Notes under the pieces: model-generated
Told to the model about the DNA's origin: nothing
The model's input: only the letters and a program-made list of their open reading frames with translations
Databases searched by the model: none
Source of the DNA: Candidatus Parcubacteria bacterium
Lineage (GTDB): Bacteria > Patescibacteriota > Patescibacteriia > Patescibacteriales > UBA12075
DNA length: 64,000 nucleotides
Direction: 5' to 3'
Assembly (NCBI GenBank): GCA_002869165.1
Contig: PKTK01000008.1
Location: 9,616-73,615 of the forward strand
Translations under genes and position numbers: made by a program
In this document: one piece after another, positions 25,630 to 33,603 of the stretch
Numbering within the stretch: position 1 is the stretch's first letter
Layout: every line of letters begins with the position of its first letter

Positions 25630-26958
25630 ATGCAAGAGCAACCAACTACTTCTGACATAAACCAAGAATCTGAGCTAGATAAAGAGCAGCAAACAGAATC
25701 TAATCTTGAAAAAATCGAAGAATCGGCTATCACAAAAATTGATTATATTAAAGTACCTGTAAAAAGACTGGACTCTCTACTTGATCTAGTTGAAGAACTT
25801 CTAATAAACAGAATGCATATTGAGGAGATCAGTCAAAGAAATCCAGAACTAAAAAATGTTTTTTCACACATGGATATGTTAATCTCAGGAATTCAATTCG
25901 AAGTTACTCAGTCAAGACTAGTTCCGGTAGAACAAGCCTTTGCTAGATTCCCAAGAATGATACGTGACTTATCTCAAAAAGAAAATAAAAAAATTAACTT
26001 TGAAGTCAGCGGTGGTGAAATTGAACTGGATAGATCGGTTGTCGATAAACTTGGCGAACCGCTAATCCATCTTCTAAGAAATGCTGTTGATCATGGCATA
26101 ACTGAAGAAGGTAAAATAAATCTATCAGCTATAAGAAAAAGTGAGAGAGTCCAATTTGTTGTTGAAAACATCGGTGAAAAAATAAATATTGAAAAAATCA
26201 AAAAAGTAGCCTTAAGCAAGGGCTTAGTAACCACGCAAACCATTTCAGAGATGAAAGAAAGCGCTATAATTGACTTCATCTTTCACCCAAACTTTTCAAC
26301 CAAAGATCATGTAACAGAAATATCTGGACGTGGAGTAGGATTAAATGTAGTAAAAAAGTTCGCCGATTCTTTCAATGGCAGAATTCTTGCTGAAAATACT
26401 GATAAAGGAGCTAGGTTTATTTTAGAACTTCCGCAGACTTTAGCAATAATAGAAACCTTATTGGTTGAGGTAAATAAATCAATATTTGCTATCCCTTTTA
26501 CTGATATTGAAAGATCAGTTAAGGTGTATAACACCGATATCAAAAGAATGGCTGACAGGGATATGGGAGTTATTGACGGCACAAATATTCCGCTAATTGA
26601 CCTTAGCGAATCATTTAAATACGTTGATGCCATCAAAAAAGTTGTCCATGTTAAAAATTCAGAAGGGAAAAAAATTAGTAATAGCGAATTAACAAACCCC
26701 GAAGAGCTAAAAACAACAGAAAACCAAGAAAAAGCAATCAAAAAAGACCATAAGTTAGTAGTTTTGGTTAAAAAAGAAGAGGGTATGGCTGGCATTGTGG
26801 TTGATTCCCTAATCACCGAACAAGAAGTTATAGTTAAACCATTTACGTCAATGCTACAAAATATAAAAGAATTTTCTGGTTCCACTATCTTAGGAGACGG
26901 TCGAGTGGTTTTAATTCTTGATGTTCTAAATATCATTAAAACATTAAATAAATTATAA
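25630..26958 (+). CDS. cheA: CheA kinase core (P3 dimerisation, P4 HATPase, P5 CheW-like), no P2
   Basis: N box HLLRNAVDHGI, F box FIFHPNFSTKD, G2 box ISGRGVGLNVVKK, C-terminal CheW-like domain. The G1 box is degenerate (VENIGEKIN instead of DxGxG). Confidence 0.85.
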   Translation: MQEQPTTSDINQESELDKEQQTESNLEKIEESAITKIDYIKVPVKRLDSLLDLVEELLINRMHIEEISQRNPELKNVFSHMDMLISGIQFEVTQSRLVPVEQAFARFPRMIRDLSQKENKKINFEVSGGEIELDRSVVDKLGEPLIHLLRNAVDHGITEEGKINLSAIRKSERVQFVVENIGEKINIEKIKKVALSKGLVTTQTISEMKESAIIDFIFHPNFSTKDHVTEISGRGVGLNVVKKFADSFNGRILAENTDKGARFILELPQTLAIIETLLVEVNKSIFAIPFTDIERSVKVYNTDIKRMADRDMGVIDGTNIPLIDLSESFKYVDAIKKVVHVKNSEGKKISNSELTNPEELKTTENQEKAIKKDHKLVVLVKKEEGMAGIVVDSLITEQEVIVKPFTSMLQNIKEFSGSTILGDGRVVLILDVLNIIKTLNKL

Positions 26959-26971
26959 TTAATAAAAAAAT

Positions 26972-27604
26972 ATGGAAAATAATGAAGTTATGTTCAACGA
27001 ATATGAATTAGACCAAATCAAAGAGGTCATTAATATTGGAGCCAGTCATTCATCAACTGCGCTATCTCAACTTGTAAATAAAAAAGTGATTATCTCTGTC
27101 CCCGAAATAACCATTGATAAAGTTGAAAATATCTCTAATATCATTGGTGATAACGAAAAAGTAGTTACTGCCATTCTACTTAACGTCTTAGGTGATGCCC
27201 CAGGAAATATTGTTTTCATGTTTACTCATGATGATGCTACCAGAAACTTTATTAAACTAATTTCCAACAAAGAAGAATCAAAAGCACAATACTTAGATGA
27301 ATTTGATTTATCTATCCTAAAAGAAACTGGAAATATTCTTGCTGGTGCTTCACTAAATGCTTTGTCAGTATTTCTAGGCGCATCGATAATTCAATCAGTA
27401 TCAGAATCTATCACTGACATGCTTGGTTCAATTGTAAATACAATCATGGGAGAAATTGGTCAAAGATCATCAACTGCTATAATTTGTAGAGTCACTTTTG
27501 AAATTGAAGGTGAAGATGTGAAGAATCCTGAATTATATTATTTTATCGACCCTAAGGCAACTGGAAAAATACTTGAAATGATCAAAAAGAAGCTTGGCGC
27601 TTAA
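26972..27604 (+). CDS. cheC: CheC-type CheY-P phosphatase
   Basis: The first site matches the CheC consensus D-x3-E-x2-N-x22-P exactly (DQIKEVIN...22 aa...P). The second site, SILKETGN, has Ser instead of the final Pro. Confidence 0.8.
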   Translation: MENNEVMFNEYELDQIKEVINIGASHSSTALSQLVNKKVIISVPEITIDKVENISNIIGDNEKVVTAILLNVLGDAPGNIVFMFTHDDATRNFIKLISNKEESKAQYLDEFDLSILKETGNILAGASLNALSVFLGASIIQSVSESITDMLGSIVNTIMGEIGQRSSTAIICRVTFEIEGEDVKNPELYYFIDPKATGKILEMIKKKLGA

Positions 27605-27630
27605 ATTTAATTACTACTTTAAAAAAATAA

Positions 27631-28128
27631 ATGACAAAAGACATAACATTAAAAGTCGGGGAGATGGTTGCTGTAAAAGGAAAATACCTTATCAAGTCAA
27701 TTGGAATTGGTTCTTGCGTTGTAGTTGTTATTTTTGACAAAGAAGAAAATATCGCAGCTATGTGCCACTCAATGCTCCCAAGCCCTTTAGAAGGAGACAA
27801 AAGTAAAGGACAGGGTCGTTTTGTTGATAATGTTCAGATATATGATGCAAAATATGTTGAATCAACCATTCCAAAAATGCTAGACCTGGTATTAAAACTA
27901 GGAGGAAGAAAAGACAAATTAAAAGCAAAAATTGTGGGAGGGGCTACCATGTTCAAGTCTTTTTCACCAGACAACTCATCAGTAGGAACAAACAACGTCA
28001 CTTTAACAAAAAAAATGCTCAATGATTTGAAGCTAACCATTAAATCTGAAAATACTGGTGGCAACCATGGCCGATCAGTTAGCTTTAATACTACAAATGC
28101 AGTAATGAGCGTCAATTCAAGAATCTAA
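27631..28128 (+). CDS. cheD: Chemoreceptor glutamine deamidase CheD
   Basis: GSCVVVVIFDKEENIAAMCHSMLPS (Cys/His catalytic context), AKIVGGATMF, ENTGGNHGRSVSF. Confidence 0.8.
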   Translation: MTKDITLKVGEMVAVKGKYLIKSIGIGSCVVVVIFDKEENIAAMCHSMLPSPLEGDKSKGQGRFVDNVQIYDAKYVESTIPKMLDLVLKLGGRKDKLKAKIVGGATMFKSFSPDNSSVGTNNVTLTKKMLNDLKLTIKSENTGGNHGRSVSFNTTNAVMSVNSRI

Positions 28129-28134
28129 ATTAAT

Positions 28135-28506
28135 ATGAAAGTATTAGTCATTGACGAAGACAAATTCGTTATAAATATTTATGAATCAGAATTCCACCAA
28201 CAAAATATAGAAGTAGTGGCTGCTTTTGATGGCGATGATGGCTGGGAAAAAGTAAAAGCAGAAAAACCAGATTTAATCATAATGGAACTTATACTATTCA
28301 AAATAAATGGTTTTGATCTAATAAAAAAAATAAAAAACGATAAAAAACTGAAAAATATCCCCATTGTAGTCTGTTCATCACTTAATCAACAGGATGATAT
28401 AGACGAATCCATGAAACTTGGAGCTTTAAAATATTTTTCAAAACAAACTTACTCTCTAAAACAAGTCACCAAAGAAGTTTTAGACATACTAATATCCCTA
28501 ATGTAA
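28135..28506 (+). CDS. Stand-alone receiver-domain protein with Glu at the phospho-acceptor position
   Basis: VLVIDEDKF, then DLIIMELILFKINGF where canonical receivers have D (GAA codon at 28285-28287), then IPIVVCSSL and LGALKYFSK. Ends 1 nt before pilB. Confidence 0.8.
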   Translation: MKVLVIDEDKFVINIYESEFHQQNIEVVAAFDGDDGWEKVKAEKPDLIIMELILFKINGFDLIKKIKNDKKLKNIPIVVCSSLNQQDDIDESMKLGALKYFSKQTYSLKQVTKEVLDILISLM

Positions 28507-28507
28507 G

Positions 28508-30202
28508 ATGAAACTATCTGACAGCCAATTAAAAATGCTTCTCTTGGGCTCCAGTTTAATTACCTATGACAAATTGAATATTGCTGAACACGAAGCAAAG
28601 GAAAAAAATATTTCCTTGCTAGAAACTCTTCCCATCTTAGGATTTATTTCTTCTGACAGACTTGGAAGAATAGTCGCTTCTGAACTCAAATATAACTACA
28701 TCAATCTCTCAAAAGAGGAAATAAACAAGGAGGCCCTATCATTAATTCCTGAAAAAGTTGCCAAACACAAAGGCATACTTGCTTTTGGTTATACAGATAG
28801 AGGAATCAAACTTGGTATGACTGATCCGGATGACATTGAGGCGATACAATTAGTTGAAAAAAAGACCCAAAAAAAAGTAATCCCCTTCTACATTACCAGG
28901 CAAGACCTTGAACAAACTCTTTCAAAACATAAAGGCAGTATTGAAAAAGAATTCAAACAACTTTTGAAAAAAATTCACGATGTTGAAAATAACATAGAAG
29001 AAAAAGACAGAATTGTAATTAAACTAGTAGATTCTTTACTCTATCTTAGTTACCAACAAAAAGTATCTGATATTCACCTTGAGCCACACGAAGATGAAGT
29101 TTTTGTTCGTTTTCGCATTGATGGTGTATTAAAAGATATTCTAAAAATGGAAAAAAGTACTTATGAACTAATGCTTGCCAGAATTAAAATTCTATCCAGA
29201 ATAAGAACCGATGATCACCTGAAGGCTCAAGACGGCAAATTAAAATTTGAAACTGATATTGAAGATATTGATATTCGTGTATCTGTACTACCTATCACCA
29301 ATGGAGAAAAAGTTGTTATGCGTATTCTGAGTTCACAAAGAACCAAATTTGGTTTAGCTGATCTTGGTTTGTCGGAAGAAAATTTAAAAATACTTTTAAA
29401 ATTAATAACCAATCCTCATGGCATGATATTGGTTACTGGGCCAACTGGGTCTGGTAAAACTACTTCAATTTATGGTGTTATGAAATTATTGAACAAACGT
29501 GAAGTAAATGTAGCAAGTATTGAAGATCCTGTAGAGTACAATATAGATGGTGTTAACCAAATACAAGTGAATGAAAAAGCTGGCCTTACTTTTGCTTCTG
29601 GTCTTAGATCGATTCTTCGTCAAGATCCAGACATTATAATGATTGGTGAAATTCGTGATGAAGAAACTGCTGACATTGCAGTAAATTCTGCTCTAACTGG
29701 TCACTTGGTGTTATCTACTCTACACACAAACAATGCTGCCACTACCCTACCCCGTTTACTTGATATGAACATTGAGCCATTTCTAGTCGCCTCAACTGTT
29801 AACGTTGCCATTGCTCAAAGATTAGTAAGGGCTAACTGTGTAAAATGCCGAACTTCATACAGACTGACTGAAGAAGAAATAAATATTATAAAAAGTGAAC
29901 CAAATATCATGAAGATTATTCAAGAAGAAGGCTTCAGCGAAGAATTAGAAAAAATAAGATTGTATAAAGGTGTTGGTTGTGATGCTTGCTCTCATACTGG
30001 TTTCAAAGGACGAATTGGAATTTTTGAGTTATTGGTTCTAGACGAAGAAATTAGAAGACTGATTGTCAATCGTGCATCTAGTGACGATCTGCAAGAAGCT
30101 GCGATCAAAGCAGGTATGACCTCTATGCTTCATGATGGAATTATTAAAGCCTTTAAAGGTACAACAACTCTAATGGAAGTATTTAGAGTTACAAGAGAAT
30201 AA
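28508..30202 (+). CDS. pilB: Type IV pilus assembly ATPase PilB/GspE family (copy 1)
   Basis: Walker A GPTGSGKTT, Walker B DPDIIMIGEIRD, His box TGHLVLSTLHTN, tetracysteine motif CVKCR...CDACSHTG. Confidence 0.9.
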   Translation: MKLSDSQLKMLLLGSSLITYDKLNIAEHEAKEKNISLLETLPILGFISSDRLGRIVASELKYNYINLSKEEINKEALSLIPEKVAKHKGILAFGYTDRGIKLGMTDPDDIEAIQLVEKKTQKKVIPFYITRQDLEQTLSKHKGSIEKEFKQLLKKIHDVENNIEEKDRIVIKLVDSLLYLSYQQKVSDIHLEPHEDEVFVRFRIDGVLKDILKMEKSTYELMLARIKILSRIRTDDHLKAQDGKLKFETDIEDIDIRVSVLPITNGEKVVMRILSSQRTKFGLADLGLSEENLKILLKLITNPHGMILVTGPTGSGKTTSIYGVMKLLNKREVNVASIEDPVEYNIDGVNQIQVNEKAGLTFASGLRSILRQDPDIIMIGEIRDEETADIAVNSALTGHLVLSTLHTNNAATTLPRLLDMNIEPFLVASTVNVAIAQRLVRANCVKCRTSYRLTEEEINIIKSEPNIMKIIQEEGFSEELEKIRLYKGVGCDACSHTGFKGRIGIFELLVLDEEIRRLIVNRASSDDLQEAAIKAGMTSMLHDGIIKAFKGTTTLMEVFRVTRE

Positions 30203-30204
30203 AT

Positions 30205-31287
30205 ATGAATGATGAAAACAAAAAAACTTTAGACAAAGATATTTACTTGGGTGGGGTTTCTTTTACCCAAAAACTCATTTTTGCTAGATATTTATCAATC
30301 ATGCTTAAATCCGGCCTTACTATCACTGAAGCGCTAGAAATTATTTATGACCAAGCTAGTGGTAAATTTAAAACAATTGTAAATAAAATATCCAAATCCG
30401 TTCAATCAGGTAACTCTCTTTCCGAATCAATAAAACAATTTCCCAACATCTTTTCTAATCTGATGATTAATTCAACTTACGCTGGAGAGGTTTCAGGAAC
30501 CTTAGAGGAAAACTTAAAAAGCATTGCTGAACAACTTGAAGAACAAAAAGAACTTCGAAGTAAAATTACAAGTGCGATGGTTTATCCTATAATCATCCTA
30601 GTTGCTACATTCTTTTTGGGAATGGCCATGGCATTTTTAGTTTTGCCAAAAATAACCCCTTTATTTGAGGGCATGAATATGGATCTGCCGGTAACCACCA
30701 GAGCTCTCATTGCTATGTCAAATTTAGTAGAAGCACATGGCGTTAGCTTGTTCCTATCTATAATTTTCAGCTTTTCATTTCTGATTTGGTTAGCAAGAAG
30801 AGATTTTTCAAGGCCTGTTATCCATTATCTGACACTTCATATTCCCTTGGTAAAAAAAATTACCAAAAATTACAACATGGCAAGTTTCTGTCTTACTTTT
30901 GGAACCATGCTTAAAAGTGGCATTAGCATTGATAAGGCTTTACAGATTGCTGCTAAGACTGTATCCAACTATTATTATAGAAAAAATTTAATCACAGTAG
31001 CCGAAAGGACCGCGCATGGCTCAAAACTGTCTGATAACCTCCAAGAATTTGATGCTTATTTCCCTAAGTTAATGATTAGCATGGTGAAGGTTGGAGAAAG
31101 ATCTGGAAATCTTGAAGAAACTATGTTTTATCTTTCTGATTTTTATAAAAAAGAAGTTGATTTTGCCACTAAATCACTATCAACAGCCATCGAGCCAATT
31201 ATGCTTATTGGTATTGGTATTGTTGTAGCAACCATGGCAATGTCTATTATTACCCCAATTTATCAAATAACAGGTAATGTTAGTTAA
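30205..31287 (+). CDS. pilC: Type IV pilus platform protein PilC/GspF family
   Basis: 360 aa. Duplicated GspF-type domains with three TM segments (VYPIIILVATFFLGMAMAFLVLP, VSLFLSIIFSFSFLIWL, IEPIMLIGIGIVVATMAMSII). Confidence 0.85.
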   Translation: MNDENKKTLDKDIYLGGVSFTQKLIFARYLSIMLKSGLTITEALEIIYDQASGKFKTIVNKISKSVQSGNSLSESIKQFPNIFSNLMINSTYAGEVSGTLEENLKSIAEQLEEQKELRSKITSAMVYPIIILVATFFLGMAMAFLVLPKITPLFEGMNMDLPVTTRALIAMSNLVEAHGVSLFLSIIFSFSFLIWLARRDFSRPVIHYLTLHIPLVKKITKNYNMASFCLTFGTMLKSGISIDKALQIAAKTVSNYYYRKNLITVAERTAHGSKLSDNLQEFDAYFPKLMISMVKVGERSGNLEETMFYLSDFYKKEVDFATKSLSTAIEPIMLIGIGIVVATMAMSIITPIYQITGNVS

Positions 31288-31756
31288 AATATTACAAAAA
31301 GAAAAAGGCTTTACATTAATTGAATTACTTATTGTTATTGCCATAATTATGATTGTGGCATCTTTTGCTTTTCCGGTTTTCTCGAATATTCAAAATTCAA
31401 CCCTATTAAAAGATGCCAGTGACCAATGTCTACAAGCAGCTAGACAAGCAAAAAATTCCTCATGTTCAGGTAAAGACAACAATGATCATGGTTTATATTT
31501 TCAACATAGCTCTGAGGCAAAAGACAAAATAGTAATTTTTACTGGTAAAACTTATTTATCCAGAGACACAAACAAAGATATTGAAATATCCTTTGAAAAA
31601 ACCATTAGTCTAAGCAACACCTTTACTGACAACCAAATTATTTTTTATCAAAATTCTTGCCTACCAGACCAAAACGGAATTATTAATATTTCTGCTAGCT
31701 CATTATCTAAAAATATCAATCTATCTATTAATTCCATAGGAATAATAAGCGAATAA
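31277..31756 (+). CDS. Prepilin-type N-terminal cleavage/methylation domain protein (minor pilin)
   Basis: KG|FTLIELLIVIAIIMIVAS class III signal peptide with Glu+5. Confidence 0.75.
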   Translation: MLVKILQKEKGFTLIELLIVIAIIMIVASFAFPVFSNIQNSTLLKDASDQCLQAARQAKNSSCSGKDNNDHGLYFQHSSEAKDKIVIFTGKTYLSRDTNKDIEISFEKTISLSNTFTDNQIIFYQNSCLPDQNGIINISASSLSKNINLSINSIGIISE

Positions 31757-31757
31757 A

Positions 31758-32723
31758 ATGAAGAAAGAAAATGGTAACTCTTTAATTGAAGTAATTATAG
31801 CTTTAGCAATCTTTAATTGGTTTGCTTCTTAACTTACCAGCTTGGCTCTAGGAAGCTTGGCTCTAGCTACTTCTACTTCCAAACACAGTAAAGCAGAATT
31901 CCTAGCTCAAGAAGGAATGGAAATTGTTAATGTAATCAAGTCTCGAGCTTGGAATGAACTAAATATTAATCAAAGTGGTTTACAAATTATAGACAATGAA
32001 TGGTATTTTGCTGGCGAAGGAACAAGCGAACAAATTGGAGAATATAGTCGTACGATTTTTTTAAGTGATGTCTTTAGAGATGAAAACTATAATATTGTTC
32101 CGTCCACCAGTCCGCAAATAATTCTAGATACCTTCAGTAAAAAGGTGAAAGCAAAGGTTACTTGGACCAGTGCTAGAAATGCACAAAACTATATCAGCTA
32201 TCAGAGTATTGTTAGTAACTGGGATTCATTAGATTGGACTCAAAATGACTGGTCTGGTGGAAACGGCCAAAGCATCTGGTCAATCACAGATAGATATGAT
32301 AGTCAAGACTCAAATATGGAAACCGGAGTAACTGGTCAATTAACTTTGGTTGATATTGGTAGTTCAACTTTAGCAAACATTGCCTATCTTGATTCATCAG
32401 CATTTGATATGGGTGAATACTCACAAGCCAATAGTATCTATTGGACAGGTAGTATTCCAAACGCTTGTAGTGTTTGCGAAATTCAAATCAGAATAAAAAC
32501 TGCACCTGACAATGCTGGCTCCCCTGGTACTTGGTCAAGTACCTGGTGTGGACCAAACGGAGAAAATGGAGATAGTCTTGATTATTATTCATCTTCAAGT
32601 ACCAAAGAACTCATTCACACTGATCACAATGAAGATAGATGGATAAAATACAGAATAACACTACTTGGAGATAGCATTGATACCCCCATTCTTGAATCAA
32701 TAACGATAAATTACAAACAATGA
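31758..32723 (+). pseudogene. Prepilin-like minor pilin interrupted by an in-frame TAA inside the N-terminal hydrophobic helix
   Basis: ATG 31758 encodes MKKENG|NSLIEVIIALAIFNWFAS, then TAA (31830-31832), then LTSLALGSLALATS... in the same frame (track ORF 31842-32723 starts at TTG). The TGA stop overlaps the next ATG (caATGAg). Confidence 0.6.
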
Positions 32724-33217
32724 GAAATAATAATGGTTTTACCTTAATCGAAACATTAATATATATATCAATTATCGGTGGTGTAATAATGAGTTTTACT
32801 TCTTTCAGTCTTTCAATATCATCACTTAGAAATAAAAATTTTTCCTCTCAAGAAACGATCACAAACTCAAGAATTGCAATGGGTGTTATTAGTGACTATA
32901 TTAAGCAAGCTGAATCAGTTATAAGCCCAGCCAAAGGAGAAACTTCTACTTTTCTTCTCCTGGACATGCCTGAATCTATTGACGATATTAGATTCGAGTT
33001 AAACGACGGAACAATATATTTAAAAGAAGGATCAGAAACCCCTCAAGCGCTTGTAAGTAATTATGTAAGTGTAAACACTTTAAATTTTTCTAATTATGGA
33101 GGAGATTTTTCAAATGATATAATAAAAGTAAGCCTAAACGCTAATTATAGATATAATTCAAGTATTGATTTTCAATATGAACAAAATTTAGAAACAAGCG
33201 TAAGTCTAAGAAATTAA
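32720..33217 (+). CDS. Prepilin-type N-terminal domain protein (minor pilin)
   Basis: MRNNNG|FTLIETLIYISIIGG with Glu+5. Confidence 0.75.
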   Translation: MRNNNGFTLIETLIYISIIGGVIMSFTSFSLSISSLRNKNFSSQETITNSRIAMGVISDYIKQAESVISPAKGETSTFLLLDMPESIDDIRFELNDGTIYLKEGSETPQALVSNYVSVNTLNFSNYGGDFSNDIIKVSLNANYRYNSSIDFQYEQNLETSVSLRN

Positions 33218-33221
33218 AACA

Positions 33222-33599
33222 ATGAATAAAAACGGTTTTTCAGTTTTAGTATTAGTTATAATAATTGGTGCCTCAGCACTTATAATGACAAAGGGGGCGG
33301 CATGGTTTAGCTTGCGAGGACTCGATATGAGCTTAGATTCAGACCAAGGGAGCAAGGCTAAGTATGTTGCAGAGGCTTGTATAAATGATGCTCTACTAAG
33401 ATTGCAGGCTGATAATAATTTTTCAACTAGCTCTCAGTCAATAAATATAAACGATTGTGAATGTACTTATAGTGTAATTTCAGACACCTTTGATAGAATA
33501 ATAAATTCTAGTGGCGCATGTGAAAATTTTAATATAGACCTAAAAACAACTGCTAATATACAAAATGGTCTAACAATTTCTAAATGGGAATACAACTAA
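33222..33599 (+). CDS. PilX/ComGG-like minor pilin candidate (no Glu+5)
   Basis: MNKNG|FSVLVLVIIIGASALIM N-terminal hydrophobic segment. Called from position within the pilin gene run. 125 aa. Confidence 0.5.
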   Translation: MNKNGFSVLVLVIIIGASALIMTKGAAWFSLRGLDMSLDSDQGSKAKYVAEACINDALLRLQADNNFSTSSQSININDCECTYSVISDTFDRIINSSGACENFNIDLKTTANIQNGLTISKWEYN

Positions 33600-33603
33600 A
33601 AAA

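Noticed and set aside
26307-26936. 209-aa minus-strand ORF inside cheA (also 25386-25733)
   Set aside because: Antisense to a kinase core with intact N, F and G2 boxes. Ser/Phe-rich composition typical of shadow ORFs.
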